A stretch of DNA of 63,200 nucleotides, filler included, from Pigoraptor vietnamica (GCA_943704525.1; 7 parts of 7 records of this genome joined end to end with filler, not necessarily neighbours in it), one strand, 5' to 3'. Positions 12,208 to 24,562 are shown, counted from the first letter of the whole stretch. Numbers and translations are program-made. The notes: a model not told the origin generated them from the letters alone.

Positions 12208-12465
12208 GTGTGTGTGTGTGGTGTGTGTGTGTATGTATGAGTGTGTGTGCGTGCGCCTGTGTGTGTGTGTGTGCGCGTGTGTGTGTGTGTGGGCGGTGTG
12301 TGTGCGTGTGTGTGCGTGTATGTGTGCGTGTGTGCGAACGTGTGTGCGGGACATGCATGCGTGTCGCTCACCGCGTACGCTCGCATGCGGCACAGCGAGA
12401 CGCGGACGGCGGAGGAGGACGTCGACCGCGCGCCACACACCGGGCAAGTTGATTGACTGCACCAT
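10686..12465 (-). CDS. GEP4: Mitochondrial phosphatidylglycerophosphatase, Gep4/YqeG-type HAD, multi-exon
   Basis: MVQSINL...LAVPHASV, VVFDKDNCIT (HAD motif I), ILSNSAG, KP, VGDRLLTDVVFGN; last exon VRALEN...W*. Confidence 0.88.
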
Positions 12466-12554
12466 GACGGGACTTGCGGACGCCGGCGCACACACACAAC
12501 ATACATGCGCACACACATGCACACACACCGTGCACTTTTGACATCACCGTGCCA

Positions 12555-12562
12555 TGACGTCA
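12555..12562. promoter_or_regulatory. CRE palindrome TGACGTCA, ~90 bp upstream of the GEP4 start
   Basis: Exact palindrome; another at 41669-41676 between divergent MFSD1 and HACE1. Function is inferred. Confidence 0.35.
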
Positions 12563-12592
12563 CCAACTGTAGAAACCATGCCAGTCGAGCAC

Positions 12593-13010
12593 ATGGACCG
12601 AGTTCTGGCCGCGTTTGTTCTCGCCAACGGTGCTGCGGCGATGGGAGGTCAGGTCACGATGTTCTTTACGTTCTGGGGCCTGAATGCCCTCCGCGATCCC
12701 GTGAGGGCGGCGCACGTCGAGCACGGCTGGAAGGATCGGCTGGTAGCTCGACAGCCTCCCGCTCAGCCACATGAACATGGGGGGACTCGGTGCGGCGATC
12801 ATGAAGCAAACGATGCGCTCCAAGGGGCTGCCCACCTGTGAGGGCCTCCTACGCGAGGCCAAGTCGCGTGGAATTCGGCTGGTCGCCTGCACGATGTCGA
12901 TGGAGGCCATGGGCGTCAAGGCGGGCGACCTGATTGAGGGCATCGAATTTGGGGGCGTCGCAGACTACCTCGCCGCAGCAGAGACTGCCGGAACCAATTT
13001 GTTTGTGTGA
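12593..13010 (+). pseudogene. Bacterial-type DsrE/DsrF/DrsH-like (DsrE2) sulfur-relay domain, 5'-truncated and frameshifted near 12743
   Basis: MDRVLAAFVLANGAAAMGGQVTMFFTFWGLNALR in one frame; LPLSHMNMGGLG...LVACTMSMEAMG...IEFGGVADYL...NLFV* in another. Confidence 0.85.
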
Positions 13011-13237
13011 CCTCTTTGGACTCACGCAACAAACTTTTTAAATGAGAGATCGGATGATGATTGTTGGAACACCGGCGAAGACACCATTGTGTTAAAATTT
13101 AGTCCTCGCTGAAGTGTGCACCGGCAGTCGTCATGCGTGGGGAAGTTCGTGCGAGCCAATCAATGGAAACGGTCCGGGCTGCAGCGGCCCGGCAGCGAAT
13201 CACGTGCCGACGTCTGCCGCGGCAGGCGCCGTCAGCA

Positions 13238-13468
13238 CGTGTGCGCGTGTGTGGGGTGGGTGTGTGCATGTGTGCGTGTGTGCGTGTGTGTGTGTGCGTG
13301 TGTGCGCGCGTGTGTGTATGTGTCTGCCGTGTGTGCGTGTCTGGGTGTGTGCGGGTGTGTGTGTGTGTGGGTGTGTGTGTGTGTGTGTGTGCGTACTATA
13401 TGTGTGTGTGCCGTGTGCGTGTGCGTTTGTATGTGTGATGGGACTGAGTGTAGCCGCCACGCGGCCGC

Positions 13469-13537
<69 letters not shown>

Positions 13538-13745
13538 GTGTGTGTGTGTGTGTGTGTGTGTGTGCGGTGTGTGTGTGTGTGTGTGTGTGTGCGTATGTGT
13601 GCCGTGTGTGTGTGCGTGCACGTGTGTGCGTGCCAGTGTGTGCGTGTGTGCGTGTGTGTGTGCGTGCGTGTGTGTGTTTACGTCAGTGTGCGCGTAAACT
13701 TGCGTGTGTGCGCGCAGCGTGGGTGCGCATGCCGGGCTATGTGTG
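13238..13745. repeat. Long imperfect (GT)n microsatellite tract
   Basis: Directly visible; similar tracts at 10817-11040, 12160-12350, 27172-27260, 36424-36550, 39847-39925 and 52106-52360. Confidence 0.95.
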
Positions 13746-14462
13746 CCGCTCACTGCGTACTCGTGCATGTGGCACTACCTCTTTTGACGGAAAGGGTCGT
13801 GGGTGGCTAAAAAAAAAATTATGCTAAAATATCTACATCCTTTTTTTTGGCACAGCAAACACGCTTAGGCGACACTTTCCGTCCGCACAGCCGGCGATCG
13901 GTCGTCAGAGGCCGGCCGTGCCCTTAGTCAGTTTGTGCCGGTATATGCTTCATCTTCTCGCACAAACTAAATCTCGGACCCGAATTCTCATTTGCCACGG
14001 GCCGGAACGTGCACATCCGACTGCTTAGTTTCTGACCGGTCCGCCCGGCGGGCCGGCTGAGCCGGCGTCACTGCTGGCACTGACACAGCTGGCCGTCCAG
14101 CCGAGGCCGGCGGGGCCGGCACACTGTCACGCACGGCTGTTCAGTTCTCAGTGCGGCCATCGTCAATGTTAAACGGGCTTCACTGGCAGTGCTTTCACAA
14201 TTTTCGGAGATGGGGCGCTTTAATTAGCAGTTAATTGTCGCACTGACCCCTTGCACTCTGAATAGGTGGACTTTCATTCGAGAGGCTGCAATGGGCTACA
14301 GTGAGGAAGCCGAGCGGTGCCGGCCACAGCCGTCAAACACCGCCGAGTCATGGCAACTCACAGTGCGTGATCCATTATACCTCGGATGCCACACACTCAG
14401 ACGACATAGGGGTGCCGTCGACTACATAGCGCCGCATTGGCAGGGGGGGGGGGGGGGGGGGG

Positions 14463-14562
14463 NNNNNNNNNNNNNNNNNNNNNNNNNNNNNNNNNNNNNN
14501 NNNNNNTTAATTAATTAANNNNNNNNNNNNNNNNNNNNNNNNNNNNNNNNNNNNNNNNNNNN
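14463..14562. other. Artificial contig linker (N44-TTAATTAATTAA-N44); also at 29320-29419, 31975-32074, 35069-35168, 52361-52460, 62007-62106
   Basis: Identical 100-nt spacer with stops in all six frames. Confidence 0.99.
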
Positions 14563-14982
14563 ATTTCATCCGGCAAAAATTTATTTCAATCCACAAAAAA
14601 TTTCCGATCTCCACAAAAATTTACGTCAATATTTATAGAAACGTTGGGAGCATTATACCCAATTGGACGTCACTGTAATGATTTTCGCTGAAAGTCTAAA
14701 TTAAGGCCTCGTGAATGGGAGGCGTCAAAATTGGCATCCTCCCATCCCGCGCCTCTGTGTTTACTGTTCCTCCTTCAAACAAAGAGCACACTGTGTCACG
14801 CATCAGCACACCGTCATTTCTACCCCACCGTACTTTCTCCCCCACCGTCTTTCCCCCCCCCCCCACCGAACTGAGACGGCACTTGCGAGTGGCTGAATGG
14901 GCGCGCACCGTGCGCTGCGTTAAGGGGAGTGAGGTCCCTCTCAGGCACACGCGCGCTCCGTGTGCGCATCCTCGCTTAGAAA

Positions 14983-15775
14983 ATGGAGCTCAATATCGAC
15001 ACTTGCGATGACGTGGAGGCCCTGCGACGCGCCTGCGCCCTCCAACGCGAGGAGCTCAAGCAGCGCGACGAGTCCATTGGCGCCTTGCAGATGCAGTTGG
15101 CTACGCTGCGGAACGAAAACGACCGCCTCATCGCCGCCGTGTCGAAACTCGTTCGGCGCAAGAGCAGCGCCGGTTCCAGCGACGCACCATCGTCGCACGA
15201 CGTAGGGCTCTCGGTGGGGTCGCCTGCGGGGTCCTCGGTTGCGTCGTCGTCGACGCTGTCGCTGCGGCCGCCCAACGCACCCGTGTCGGTGGTCGACGAC
15301 CTGCTCAGCAAGCTCGACTCCTGCTGGGGAGACATCACCGCCGACATTACGCCGGCCGACCCCCCGTCCCGTGAGGACGACGCAATGTGAGTGCCTGACG
15401 TTTCTTGGGTGTTGTCTCTATACGCGCGTGCCTTGCAGCATGGGGGGCATGGGTGGGAGGAGAGGAGGGTAGTTGTGTACATGTGTCTGCTTCGCGTGTC
15501 ACGCCCACACCTGGCATTGTACCAACCGCAGTTGGAACGATGGGGAGGCACCGGGACGGGCGAACTCACACCGCACGCTTATTCGCATTGACAGCGTGGA
15601 TGCAAGGTGGGAATCGCCTTTGTTGAATGTGTGCAAATAGCCCGTGTTGTGCCTTTTTGCCATTCGGTGCACACGGTGCCGAATTGCTCAGTGCGATGAC
15701 TAACGCATGCTCGTGTTCGCCTCTCTTGCGCTCACGCAGCCCCGCGACAAAGAGCGGTGGGTTTATTGTACTGTG

Positions 15776-15816
<41 letters not shown>

Positions 15817-18800
15817 CGTTTTTGTGTGTGTCGTGTGTGTGTATGTGTGTGTCTGTGTGTGTCTGTGTGTGCGTGTGCGTTGATGACCCCGGATACACAT
15901 TCTCCGATCCCTTCATTCACTGTTTATCCACACAGCGCCGTTGTTTGGTCCCGATGACGAGCCGGACGCAAACGCACCGCAACAACAGACAGGTGGGCTT
16001 TCTGTGCACTTTGCGCGTCTCGCTCCGACTCCTTTCCCAGCAAATCTCCTACACACGATGCTACTTGGTAATTCGCATCTCGCGCAATACCGTGCGGCCG
16101 CAGAGTGTGGCGAGTCAGGAGGAGACAGCTTGGACCTCGTGGAGGACTACTTTCACGAAGACGAGCCCTCGCCGAAGGAGAATCGCACGCCCGCTCTGTC
16201 GCCGTCGCACTCGTCCGCCGCCATCACCCTCACCGCAGGCACCACGAGCCCTCCTCCATTGGAGTCATCGGCGCAGCGAGAAGCGTACGCGCCGCCGCCG
16301 AACCTCCCTTCGACCAGCCCTGTGCCCATCACCAACAAGGACAGCACGCACGCACCCGCGGCCCTCTCGCACAGGGGGTCGCTGTCGGCCTTTGGAACGC
16401 CCGTGCAGAGCCCGTCCGCGTCGCAGACGGCGGGGTCGCTCTCGTCGTCCGGGGCGGGCGCGAACCCAGGCGGCCTGTCGGACTTCAAGTCGAAGGTGAG
16501 CAGCATCTTTGGGGAGGTCGCCGAGCACGCCGTCGACAGCATCAAGCGCAAGCTGCGGCGACAGAGCGGCGTCGCCACGGAACAGGCGATGAAGGTCTAT
16601 CCCGCGGGGCAAGAGGCCACGGGGAACGCGACGTTCTACCAGCCCGCGCTGGAGGGCGGCGGCGCCGATGGTGTGAGCGGCGGACGCGCGGCCGACGTGG
16701 CGTTTAGGGCGGTGGCCGAGCGGAAGAAGACGCTGCCGGGGTGGCTCATCCGCTACTGGCTGCGCGCCGAGTGAGTGTCCAAGTGGTCAAGCGTGCGTGC
16801 CCTGTCGCACGTGTACCTGATATTGCAATCTGCGCAAACTGTAACGCTGTCGTTCGTCATGGGCGCCACCTTCCCTCAACTTCGGACCCCCCCCCCCCCC
16901 AGGCCACACAAGAATGCGACGGGCCGAGTTGCCAAGGTCAGCAGCTCCCTTGTGGACCTCCTGCTGTGCGACAACCTCTCCGTGGCCACTGCGCTGGGCG
17001 AGGCGACGCAGAGCACCGAGCTGGACGAACTCTCCAAGTGCCTCATGCGCGTGTTCGAGGGCGTCGGAGAGAGCCTCGCGTTCCTCTCAGAGGCCATTCG
17101 CGCCGAGGTCGCGCGCACGTCGAGCGCCAACACGCTCTTCCGCAGCAACTCGCTCGCGTCCAAGTGCCTCACGGTCTACTGTCGCATGATCGGCAAGCCG
17201 TATCTCCAGGAGACTCTCGGCAAGACAGTGCGTCGCATCCTCGCGGGCCCCTCGTTTGAAATCAGCCCTGAGAAGGCGGCCGCTGGCACGGACCTCGAGG
17301 CAAACCTTCGCGCGCTCGAGGAGGCGTGTCGCGTCATGCTGGATCGCATTTTGGCTGGTCTGGACGCCTTCCCGGCCCCTCTTCGCCGCATCTGCGCAGT
17401 CATCCGGAGGGAGGTGAACGCCAAATTCCCCGGCCGCGCGCTGCACGGTGTGGGCGGGTTCGTGTTCCTGCGCTACTTTTGCCCCGCGCTCGTGTCGCCG
17501 GAGGGCTTCCACTTTGTGCGCACGCCGCCGACGGCGGAGGCGCGCCGCAATCTTATTCTCGTGAGCAAAGTGCTGCAGAACCTCGCGAACGGCGTCGAGT
17601 TTGGAGCGAAGGAGCACTTTATGATCCCTCTGAACAGCTTTATCCAGCAGAGCACGCCGAAGCTGATGGACTACTTCGACCGCCTCAGCACGGTGACGGA
17701 TGACGTCATGCGCCAGGCGGAAGACGTGTACGTCGACATGCCCAAGTCGCTCGTCGACGGCGCCGTCGGGCAGGTGCAGGTGCTGATGGGGCTGGCGATT
17801 GACGGGCTCGCGGTGCGCCTGGCGGACCGGCGCGTGGTCGAGGCTATCGCGCACTCGCCCGCAGACGACATCGCGGCCATTCTGCGCGGGTTCGGGGGAA
17901 AGACGATCGAGCTCGTGTTGGCACAGAGCGGGCTCTTCGACTCGTTTGAGGAGGTGTGTGCGCGTGCAAAGTGGTCTGTCAACATATTTGTCGGTGTATG
18001 TGAGTCTTCGCGTGGCCAACACAGTCCATGTCTTTGCAGATACTCCTGACCGACGGCCAGTGCGTGCTGAGGTGCATGTTCGACAATGTCCCATCGAAGC
18101 ACATGGATGACCTTGCGCGCGCGGCCATTCAACTGCTTGCGGCGGACGCCCACGCCATGACTGCCCTCGTCGTACACTACCTGCAAGCGGACGCACAGGC
18201 AGCGGGTGCGTTGCGCAGTGCTTTGTCGTTGTGTGTGCGCGCGCATATGTCGTCTCACATGAGTTGAAAGTCGCCTCATCGCACTCACCCAATCGCCCAC
18301 TCGCAGCGTCCCCTGCGGCGCTCCAGGAATTCACGACGGGCAGCCGATTGCTCGCGTCGTACGCGCGCTTTGCGACGCAGGACTATCTCCGGACGACCCT
18401 GCGCGACATTGTGCAGGAGGTGTGCGCGACCCGCAAGTCCTTTGAGGTGAGATTCGGAAATAGGATTTGCACAAGCGGCATGCGCTCGTCACACGCAACT
18501 CTTGTCGGGAGTCGCGCGTAGAGCACGTCGAAAGCGGCACTGTTGTGTCTGTGCGGGAGATGTTGGCAACGGTTTGTAACTTAGTGCAATTGCGGGCAGG
18601 TCGATCCCGCTCGCGCGATGCGTGACGAGAACATCCGGGAGAACATGGAGCGCCTCATGACGACGTCGCTCAAGTTTCTTGGCGCCATCGCCAACTCGGT
18701 CGTCAAGTTCCCCATGTGCGTAACACAAAATCGCGTCAGTGTGCGTTTTGCGTTTGGCGGTGTTGGTCTGTTAATACCGCAAGTTATGCACTCTTGTAGT

Positions 18801-19873
18801 ACCTTGTGTCCATGTGGCCAATTGCGCTTAACTTCTTCCCTCGCCCCGCAGCGACTTTCGACGCCTCTGCAATGCCATGTACACTGCCATCGAGGCGCGC
18901 TTCCCCGGAGAAGGCGAAGGCGCCGTCTCCCGCTTTCTGTTTATGCGCTACTTTTGCCCGGCCATTGCGTCGCCGTCCGTCTACGGGCTCATTTCGAGTG
19001 GGTGCTCGTGCTTGTGCACTTCGTGTGGCGTGATTCCCTTCCATTACCCTGCGATTGCGTTCTCTCATTGCTTCAAGAGTGCGCTTTTTGTGTTGGCATT
19101 TTCTCACAATTTCCGTGAATGCAGCGACGCCGTCGGCGACCGCGCACCGCGGCCTCGTGCTCGTATCGTACACGCTGCGTAACGTGGCAAGCGGAACGCA
19201 GTTCAAGGACTTGCACATGACGGATCTCAACGCGCTTCTCGCGACGCACGCGACGCTCCTATTCGACTTTGTGCGCAAAGTGGTGGTGAGTGGCTCTGAG
19301 AGGATTAGCTCAAAATCCGAGTACGAGGAACGAGACGCGCACCACTGTTCTCAGCTAGTGGATGAGAGGGGGTATCACTGGCACAATTTGCGACCTTGGG
19401 TCGCGTCGCGTCGTTCGTCGCTCACGTGACCGCGCGTCAGGACGTGCCGCGAGAGGAGGGCGATTCGAAGGCGCCCACGGCGACGTCGTTTTACCGAAAG
19501 GCTCTCGAGACGAAGGCGGTGGGTGCTTGCGTCAACTCTTGCGCGCCTGTCTAAAATTTTCTTGGTATCGCAACAATAAGCTTGAATTTTCGCCTTGCGT
19601 GCACGGTGTTTACTCGGAGCACTATCATCTTTGCAGCGCCCCATGTCGCCAGTACCGGCGCAAGGCCCTTCGCCCGGAGCGTCTGCGCACGGACAGTCGG
19701 TCTTCTTTACGCCGACGTCGGCTGCGTCGGCGGCACCTGCGCACGCCAGCAGCGACTCGGAGAACCGCATTGGCGCGCTGTGGACGCTCCAACGAATACT
19801 CGGTGACAGCTGGGAGGAAATGCAGCCGCACCTCCAGAGCAAGACGATCACTGAGGCGCGTTTGTCCTGCATG

Positions 19874-19927
<54 letters not shown>

Positions 19928-20058
19928 GTCTATGCCTTGAGGTGCATCTGACAAGGCCCATCCATCCGCAGACGGTGTCGTATCACATTTTCGACCGCCT
20001 CTCAAGCGTCCTTGCCGTCGCGCGCAAGGGGAGTCGGCGCGAGGGCCCTGTCTTGTGA
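14983..20058 (+). CDS. Ras GTPase-activating protein with N-terminal coiled coil and two tandem RasGAP domains, multi-exon
   Basis: GAP1: TLFRSNSLASK, FEISP, FLRYFCPALVSP, SKVLQNLAN, KEHFM. GAP2: FEVDP, FMRYFCPAIASP, YTLRNVAS. Confidence 0.88.
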
Positions 20059-20343
20059 TTCGTTTGGCTTTGAATACACTCGCGCACTCAACTGCACGCC
20101 AATTGATCGAAGATACTGTCTCCTTTGCGCTTTCAAACGTAATGTCTCGCGTGCCGAGAGCACGCTTCACGTGGTGAAGTCAGGGTCTGAGGGGCCGACT
20201 ATTAATACACTTGGCTCTTACCAGACGGTAAAGTAACACAATGGCAATTTCCACGAACCAAATGATCCAGCCACAGGGTTGCCCCACCTTGCATAAAAAA
20301 TCCAAAACCGCATTGACGATTATTGTTGTTTTGTTATTTTGTA

Positions 20344-22155
20344 TCATGAGAGAAGTAAGTCAACAGCTATGTAAGAGCGCAGCCATTGGGGCGACGCTTC
20401 CCAATCCTTGCGGGAGAGAAGACAATGCACAACGACCACGCGCCGAGCAAGATGCATAAGCGTTGAAACGCTGCCGGGACCTGCAAAAACAGGTTTTGTT
20501 TTCGTGCATCCGTCACAACCAGTGAAGAGAAAGCACCCACCTTCGTTCACGCACAAAACCTCCACGAGGGATCTCGTTTTGCTCACTTCTTTCGATTCGA
20601 GTGCCGTAGGCAACGCGAGCGGCAATTCGAACGGCATTATGCGAGGATCACTTCTGTTCTTGCGATTAAAAATCAAAAAAGGACGAGCAACTCTGTGACC
20701 ATATTGCGCCAGATAGAAGATAGCCTGCAACCGTTCGTTGCCGTCGATAGACGAGCACCGCAAAATGGCATCAAGACATAAGTTGACATTCTCAGCGCAA
20801 ACATTTGGCGAAGCGCCGAACTCGAGAAGGCAGTGAACAACGTCAGGACCCGCACGATGTACAGCTTCACTCAACAGCGTGCCGGACACATATACATCCA
20901 AAATATACTCCCAGTGCGCGACACGGTTCAGATCTCCACCGCGAGCGACGAACTGCGAAACAAACTTGGGAAACTGGTCCCCCCGAAAACAGAAAGGCGC
21001 CGACCGGACCAGCAGCGTGTGTCCAACCTCTGAAGGACAAAAATTCTCGACGCTCTCAATAAGTACATCGCCATTTCCGCCGAGCCCGCTGAACAACGCG
21101 AAGTATTTGCAAGGTCGATGCGAAAACCGTTGGTTGCGATTAGCTTGAGGTAGTCGATACCGGCATCGAGCGAATTCGCCAGAACGCACTCGGCATGAAT
21201 GTCAGCGCCAGCGCGGACGAGAAGCTCAGCAATATCGAGGCGCCTCTCACGAATCGCAAACGCTAAAGGTCCCTCGTGGCCATCGACTTGTTGGTAGCAG
21301 TCTTCATGACGCCGCCCCAACGATGGGTTTGCACCAAACTCGAGCAACATGCGTACAGCTTCCTTATCACCGACCTGCGCACATTGCGCCACAAGGCATT
21401 GATAAGCCAGCTTAGCAAGACGACAACGTCAGCTTAGCAACTGAAGACAAGACGAAAAACTTAAACTTAACAAACGTTCAATACATACTCACCTCGCACG
21501 CAACAAAAATCGGCGTCGACCCATGCACAGCAGTGCAGTGTTCTTGCAGTAATCCGCTGTCGGTGGAAAAGGGAACCGAAATGAATAACACAAAGACAAT
21601 ACAAGAACAAAAAAAAAAATGCTCGGCTGACAAGACTGAGTCAGACATGATAAACGTACTTGACGTGCGGATCGAAATCAGAATACAGCCCCTGGTAGTC
21701 CGGTTCCACAACTTTCGCACTTGAATTGGCACCGCTATTGAGTAGCCAGCGCATAACGTCGTGACGCCCGTAGTTGACGGCGCAGAAGAGAGGCGTGAAC
21801 CCAAGACGGGGGTATATCTCGCAATCGACAGACGCACCGATGTCGACAAGCCATTGTGCGAGTTCGAGATGCCCAAAAGCACAGGCCGAGTGCAGCGCGG
21901 TGCGGTACTCCTTTGTGGCATGCGCTCCTCGTGTGCGCTCCAGGCCGGGTCAAGCAGTACTGTGTTTGACGCACATAGGCCGATTTCAAGCGACTCAAAA
22001 CCTGGCTCCAAACCAACAACATGCGACTCAAAACCTGGCACCAAACCAACGACATAAACTTCCCCAATTATGTCCTTCCCCTCGCGGCGCATGTGCTCAA
22101 GGCACTCGCGGTGGCCGCGCTCGGCGGCGAGACGCACGGAATCGCAGCAAGCCAT
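20344..22155 (-). pseudogene. Ankyrin-repeat and SOCS-box (ASB-like) gene with apparent frame disruptions
   Basis: Ankyrin repeats RTALHSACAFGHLELAQWLVDIGA, FTPLFCAVNYGRHDVMRWLLNSGAN and GSTPIFVACE|VGDKEAVRMLLEFGANP. C-terminal VSTLMHLARRVV...PQWLRSYI is SOCS-box-like. Frame switches near 21950 and 21060. Confidence 0.65.
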
Positions 22156-22656
22156 CTTACCAGAACGCGAAGAAACGAACGACACCGAAAAAGCGGCTCA
22201 GAAACGACGAGAATGGGAGGCGACGGACGAACGGTCGTTGAAATAGAAGGAAGCGAACATAGGCCAAGGAAGACGGCGAACGAGGTCAAAGACGACGCGA
22301 GAGGACGACGCAACAACGAGTAGAAGCGAACAAGGCCAACGAGTCAGCAAAGGACGACGACGAATCCTCGACGACGGAAGGAAGACAGCATCGCAGAGTG
22401 TTCACGACATGAAAGAGCAATAAGGCATAGCCTGAGTCGCGGGCACCTTTTCCCGGTCGTCCAGGTTACCCAGTCATCACGTCCGCGCCGGCTCACGACA
22501 CACACGACGCCAGCACTTTGGCGTCACACACAAAAGATCAGCTGATCGTTCTTGGGACCACGCAGTAATAAGAATTCGCGTGATTCTTTACGTCTGTCGG
22601 TTTCCCCGTCGAGTGGATTGCGGTGATTGTGCGCGCATCCGCCGCACACCGCGGAA

Positions 22657-24562
22657 ATGGAGGCACAAGGGGATGCTAGAGTGCTGTGCGTGGTCAACGG
22701 CAGTAGAGAACCCGCTGCGTTTCACGACCCCCTCGAATCTCGGCATCTGAGACACCTCTACTTCAAGGTCGCGTTGGTGTGTCCGTGTTTTGCTTTGTCA
22801 CATGATGCATATAAATGATGAGCGCGAATCCACCCGCTGCATCACGTGATCTTTTTTTCTCCGTTTCTTTTTTATTCTTCTTGCGTGCGCGGAGACGTTT
22901 CCTTTTCGCTGACCTCGCAGGCGCAGGCAATTGCTTTGTTGCGACGTAAGCCCAAGGATGCATCCACTACCGACTTCATGCGGCGGCTGTGCAACGCGTA
23001 CCGTGATTACCACTACGACGGACAGACTAAGGCGGGCATGGCAACACGCAGCTTTTGGCGTGTTTCGAACACGGGTTTTGAAACAATTCGCTGACAACAT
23101 GGTGGTTGCCTGCCCCGTGCGTTGGACGGTTCGCATTCGCTGTGTAGGCGCAACACAGCGAGAAAGAGATATTGCGTCTGCGTCAGGAAGTGCTACTGCT
23201 GCGCGGTTTCATAGGCGCAGTGTGTGCCGAACAGCGCCCGCCATGCGCGCCCCACGAAAGCAGTGCTACGCGGCTGTTCAGCGCCTGCATGGCACCGACC
23301 ATGAGCCCTCCGCCGTCCGAAGGTGTTGTGTGCGCTCGTTTCACTTTTCGCCGCTGAGGGTAAGGCATTCACCGTGGTGTAATCGCACGTGTATTTCGCA
23401 GACGTCGAGGCGGACGCTGTGGATGAGATGATACTCTTGAGCACCGCCTTCATGGAGAACGGTGTGACTTCTCTCACTCTTTCTGGCTGCTGTGGGGCTT
23501 AGTTCGTAGGGCTTAGTTTGTATGGCTTAGTGCCTCACTGGTGTGCAAGCGCTGACCCCCGTCGATGGCAACCGGTGCAGCGTGCCGCCTTGCGTCCGCC
23601 GGGGCGTGCGGTATTACTTCGCAGCTGGACGACCCGCACCTCGCGCACGAGGCCGCCGAAACCATCGCTGCGTCGCTCCAGTCCGTCGTTGCGGGCCTCG
23701 CAACGCTCTGCAGTTCGGGGCGCTTCAATCGCTCGCTCGCGTGCATGCGGTGCCACCTTTTGGTCCCTGCGGTGACGTTCGTGGTCGGTGAGTTCGCGAG
23801 TCGTCGCGTGAACAGCAAAGGTTCTGGGCACGCAGTCGACCGCCTGTGCCCATTCGAGCAGAGAACTCACCTCCTGGCCTCCAGGCGTCATGTATCACGA
23901 GGCACTTGCGCCGCACTCGGACGGCATGGGGCAAGCCCTTGTGACGATGGCCGCACACCTTGCCGACGCGTTGCTTCACTGGCCGTCGGATGTGAGCTTC
24001 TCCGCGCCGGACAGGCGGGGCGCGATCAAGGCGGTGGTTGTGCACGCGGCCGCAGCACATCCACTCGTGGCGCTCGATATTATGCGGGCACTCGTCGACC
24101 GCGTGGCGATGGTAACGGACCTTCTGCGGCATTCGCTTAGTGGTGGGTACGCAGGCGCGGACACTGCGATTGGTTGCGACAGTCATCAGTTTCCCTTTCT
24201 TCTTTCTCAATTTATGACCCGCGCAGAGGACGTCGGACCCCTTGCGTCGCGCGCCCTTGACAATGGGCGCCACGTCGCCGACGCCATTGAAGAAATCGCC
24301 ACTGGAGTATGGCGGCAGCTGCACGTGATCGCCGATGCCGACCCCTGCGCCCTGGGTGCGTTCCAGACTTCTAAGTGGTCCACATCTCTAAGTGGCACGT
24401 TTGCCCTAAAATTTTCTGATGATTCCCCTCGCAGAGGCGCATGTGGCGGCGTTGCATCGTATTGCCGAGAGCCTCGACGGGTGCCTTGAGGACATTCCCG
24501 GCGCCTTTCCGCTGTTCGCACGCCGCGTGTGGGGTGCCGTGACAGTGCTATTGGGGACATGA
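22657..24562 (+). CDS. MEI4: Meiotic double-strand-break protein MEI4 homologue, multi-exon
   Basis: Spliced N-terminus YFKAQAIALLRRKPKDASTTDFMRRL...EKEILRLRQEVLLLR and C-terminus LDGCLEDIPGAFPLFARRVW match the MEI4 N- and C-terminal signature motifs as I recall them (LALAIIRSKP, EVMQLRQKLL, AFPLF..YLW). Confidence 0.75.

Noticed and set aside
10502..13827. Cys/Val- or His/Thr-rich ORFs (VCVC, HTHT), here and elsewhere
   Set aside because: Translations of (GT)n/(CA)n microsatellites in introns or intergenic DNA.
14507..14518. Recurrent TTAATTAATTAA palindrome
   Set aside because: Synthetic linker within N runs.
23497..23533. ggcttagt repeats as telomeric sequence
   Set aside because: A 14-bp intronic minisatellite of three copies, not a TTAGGG array.
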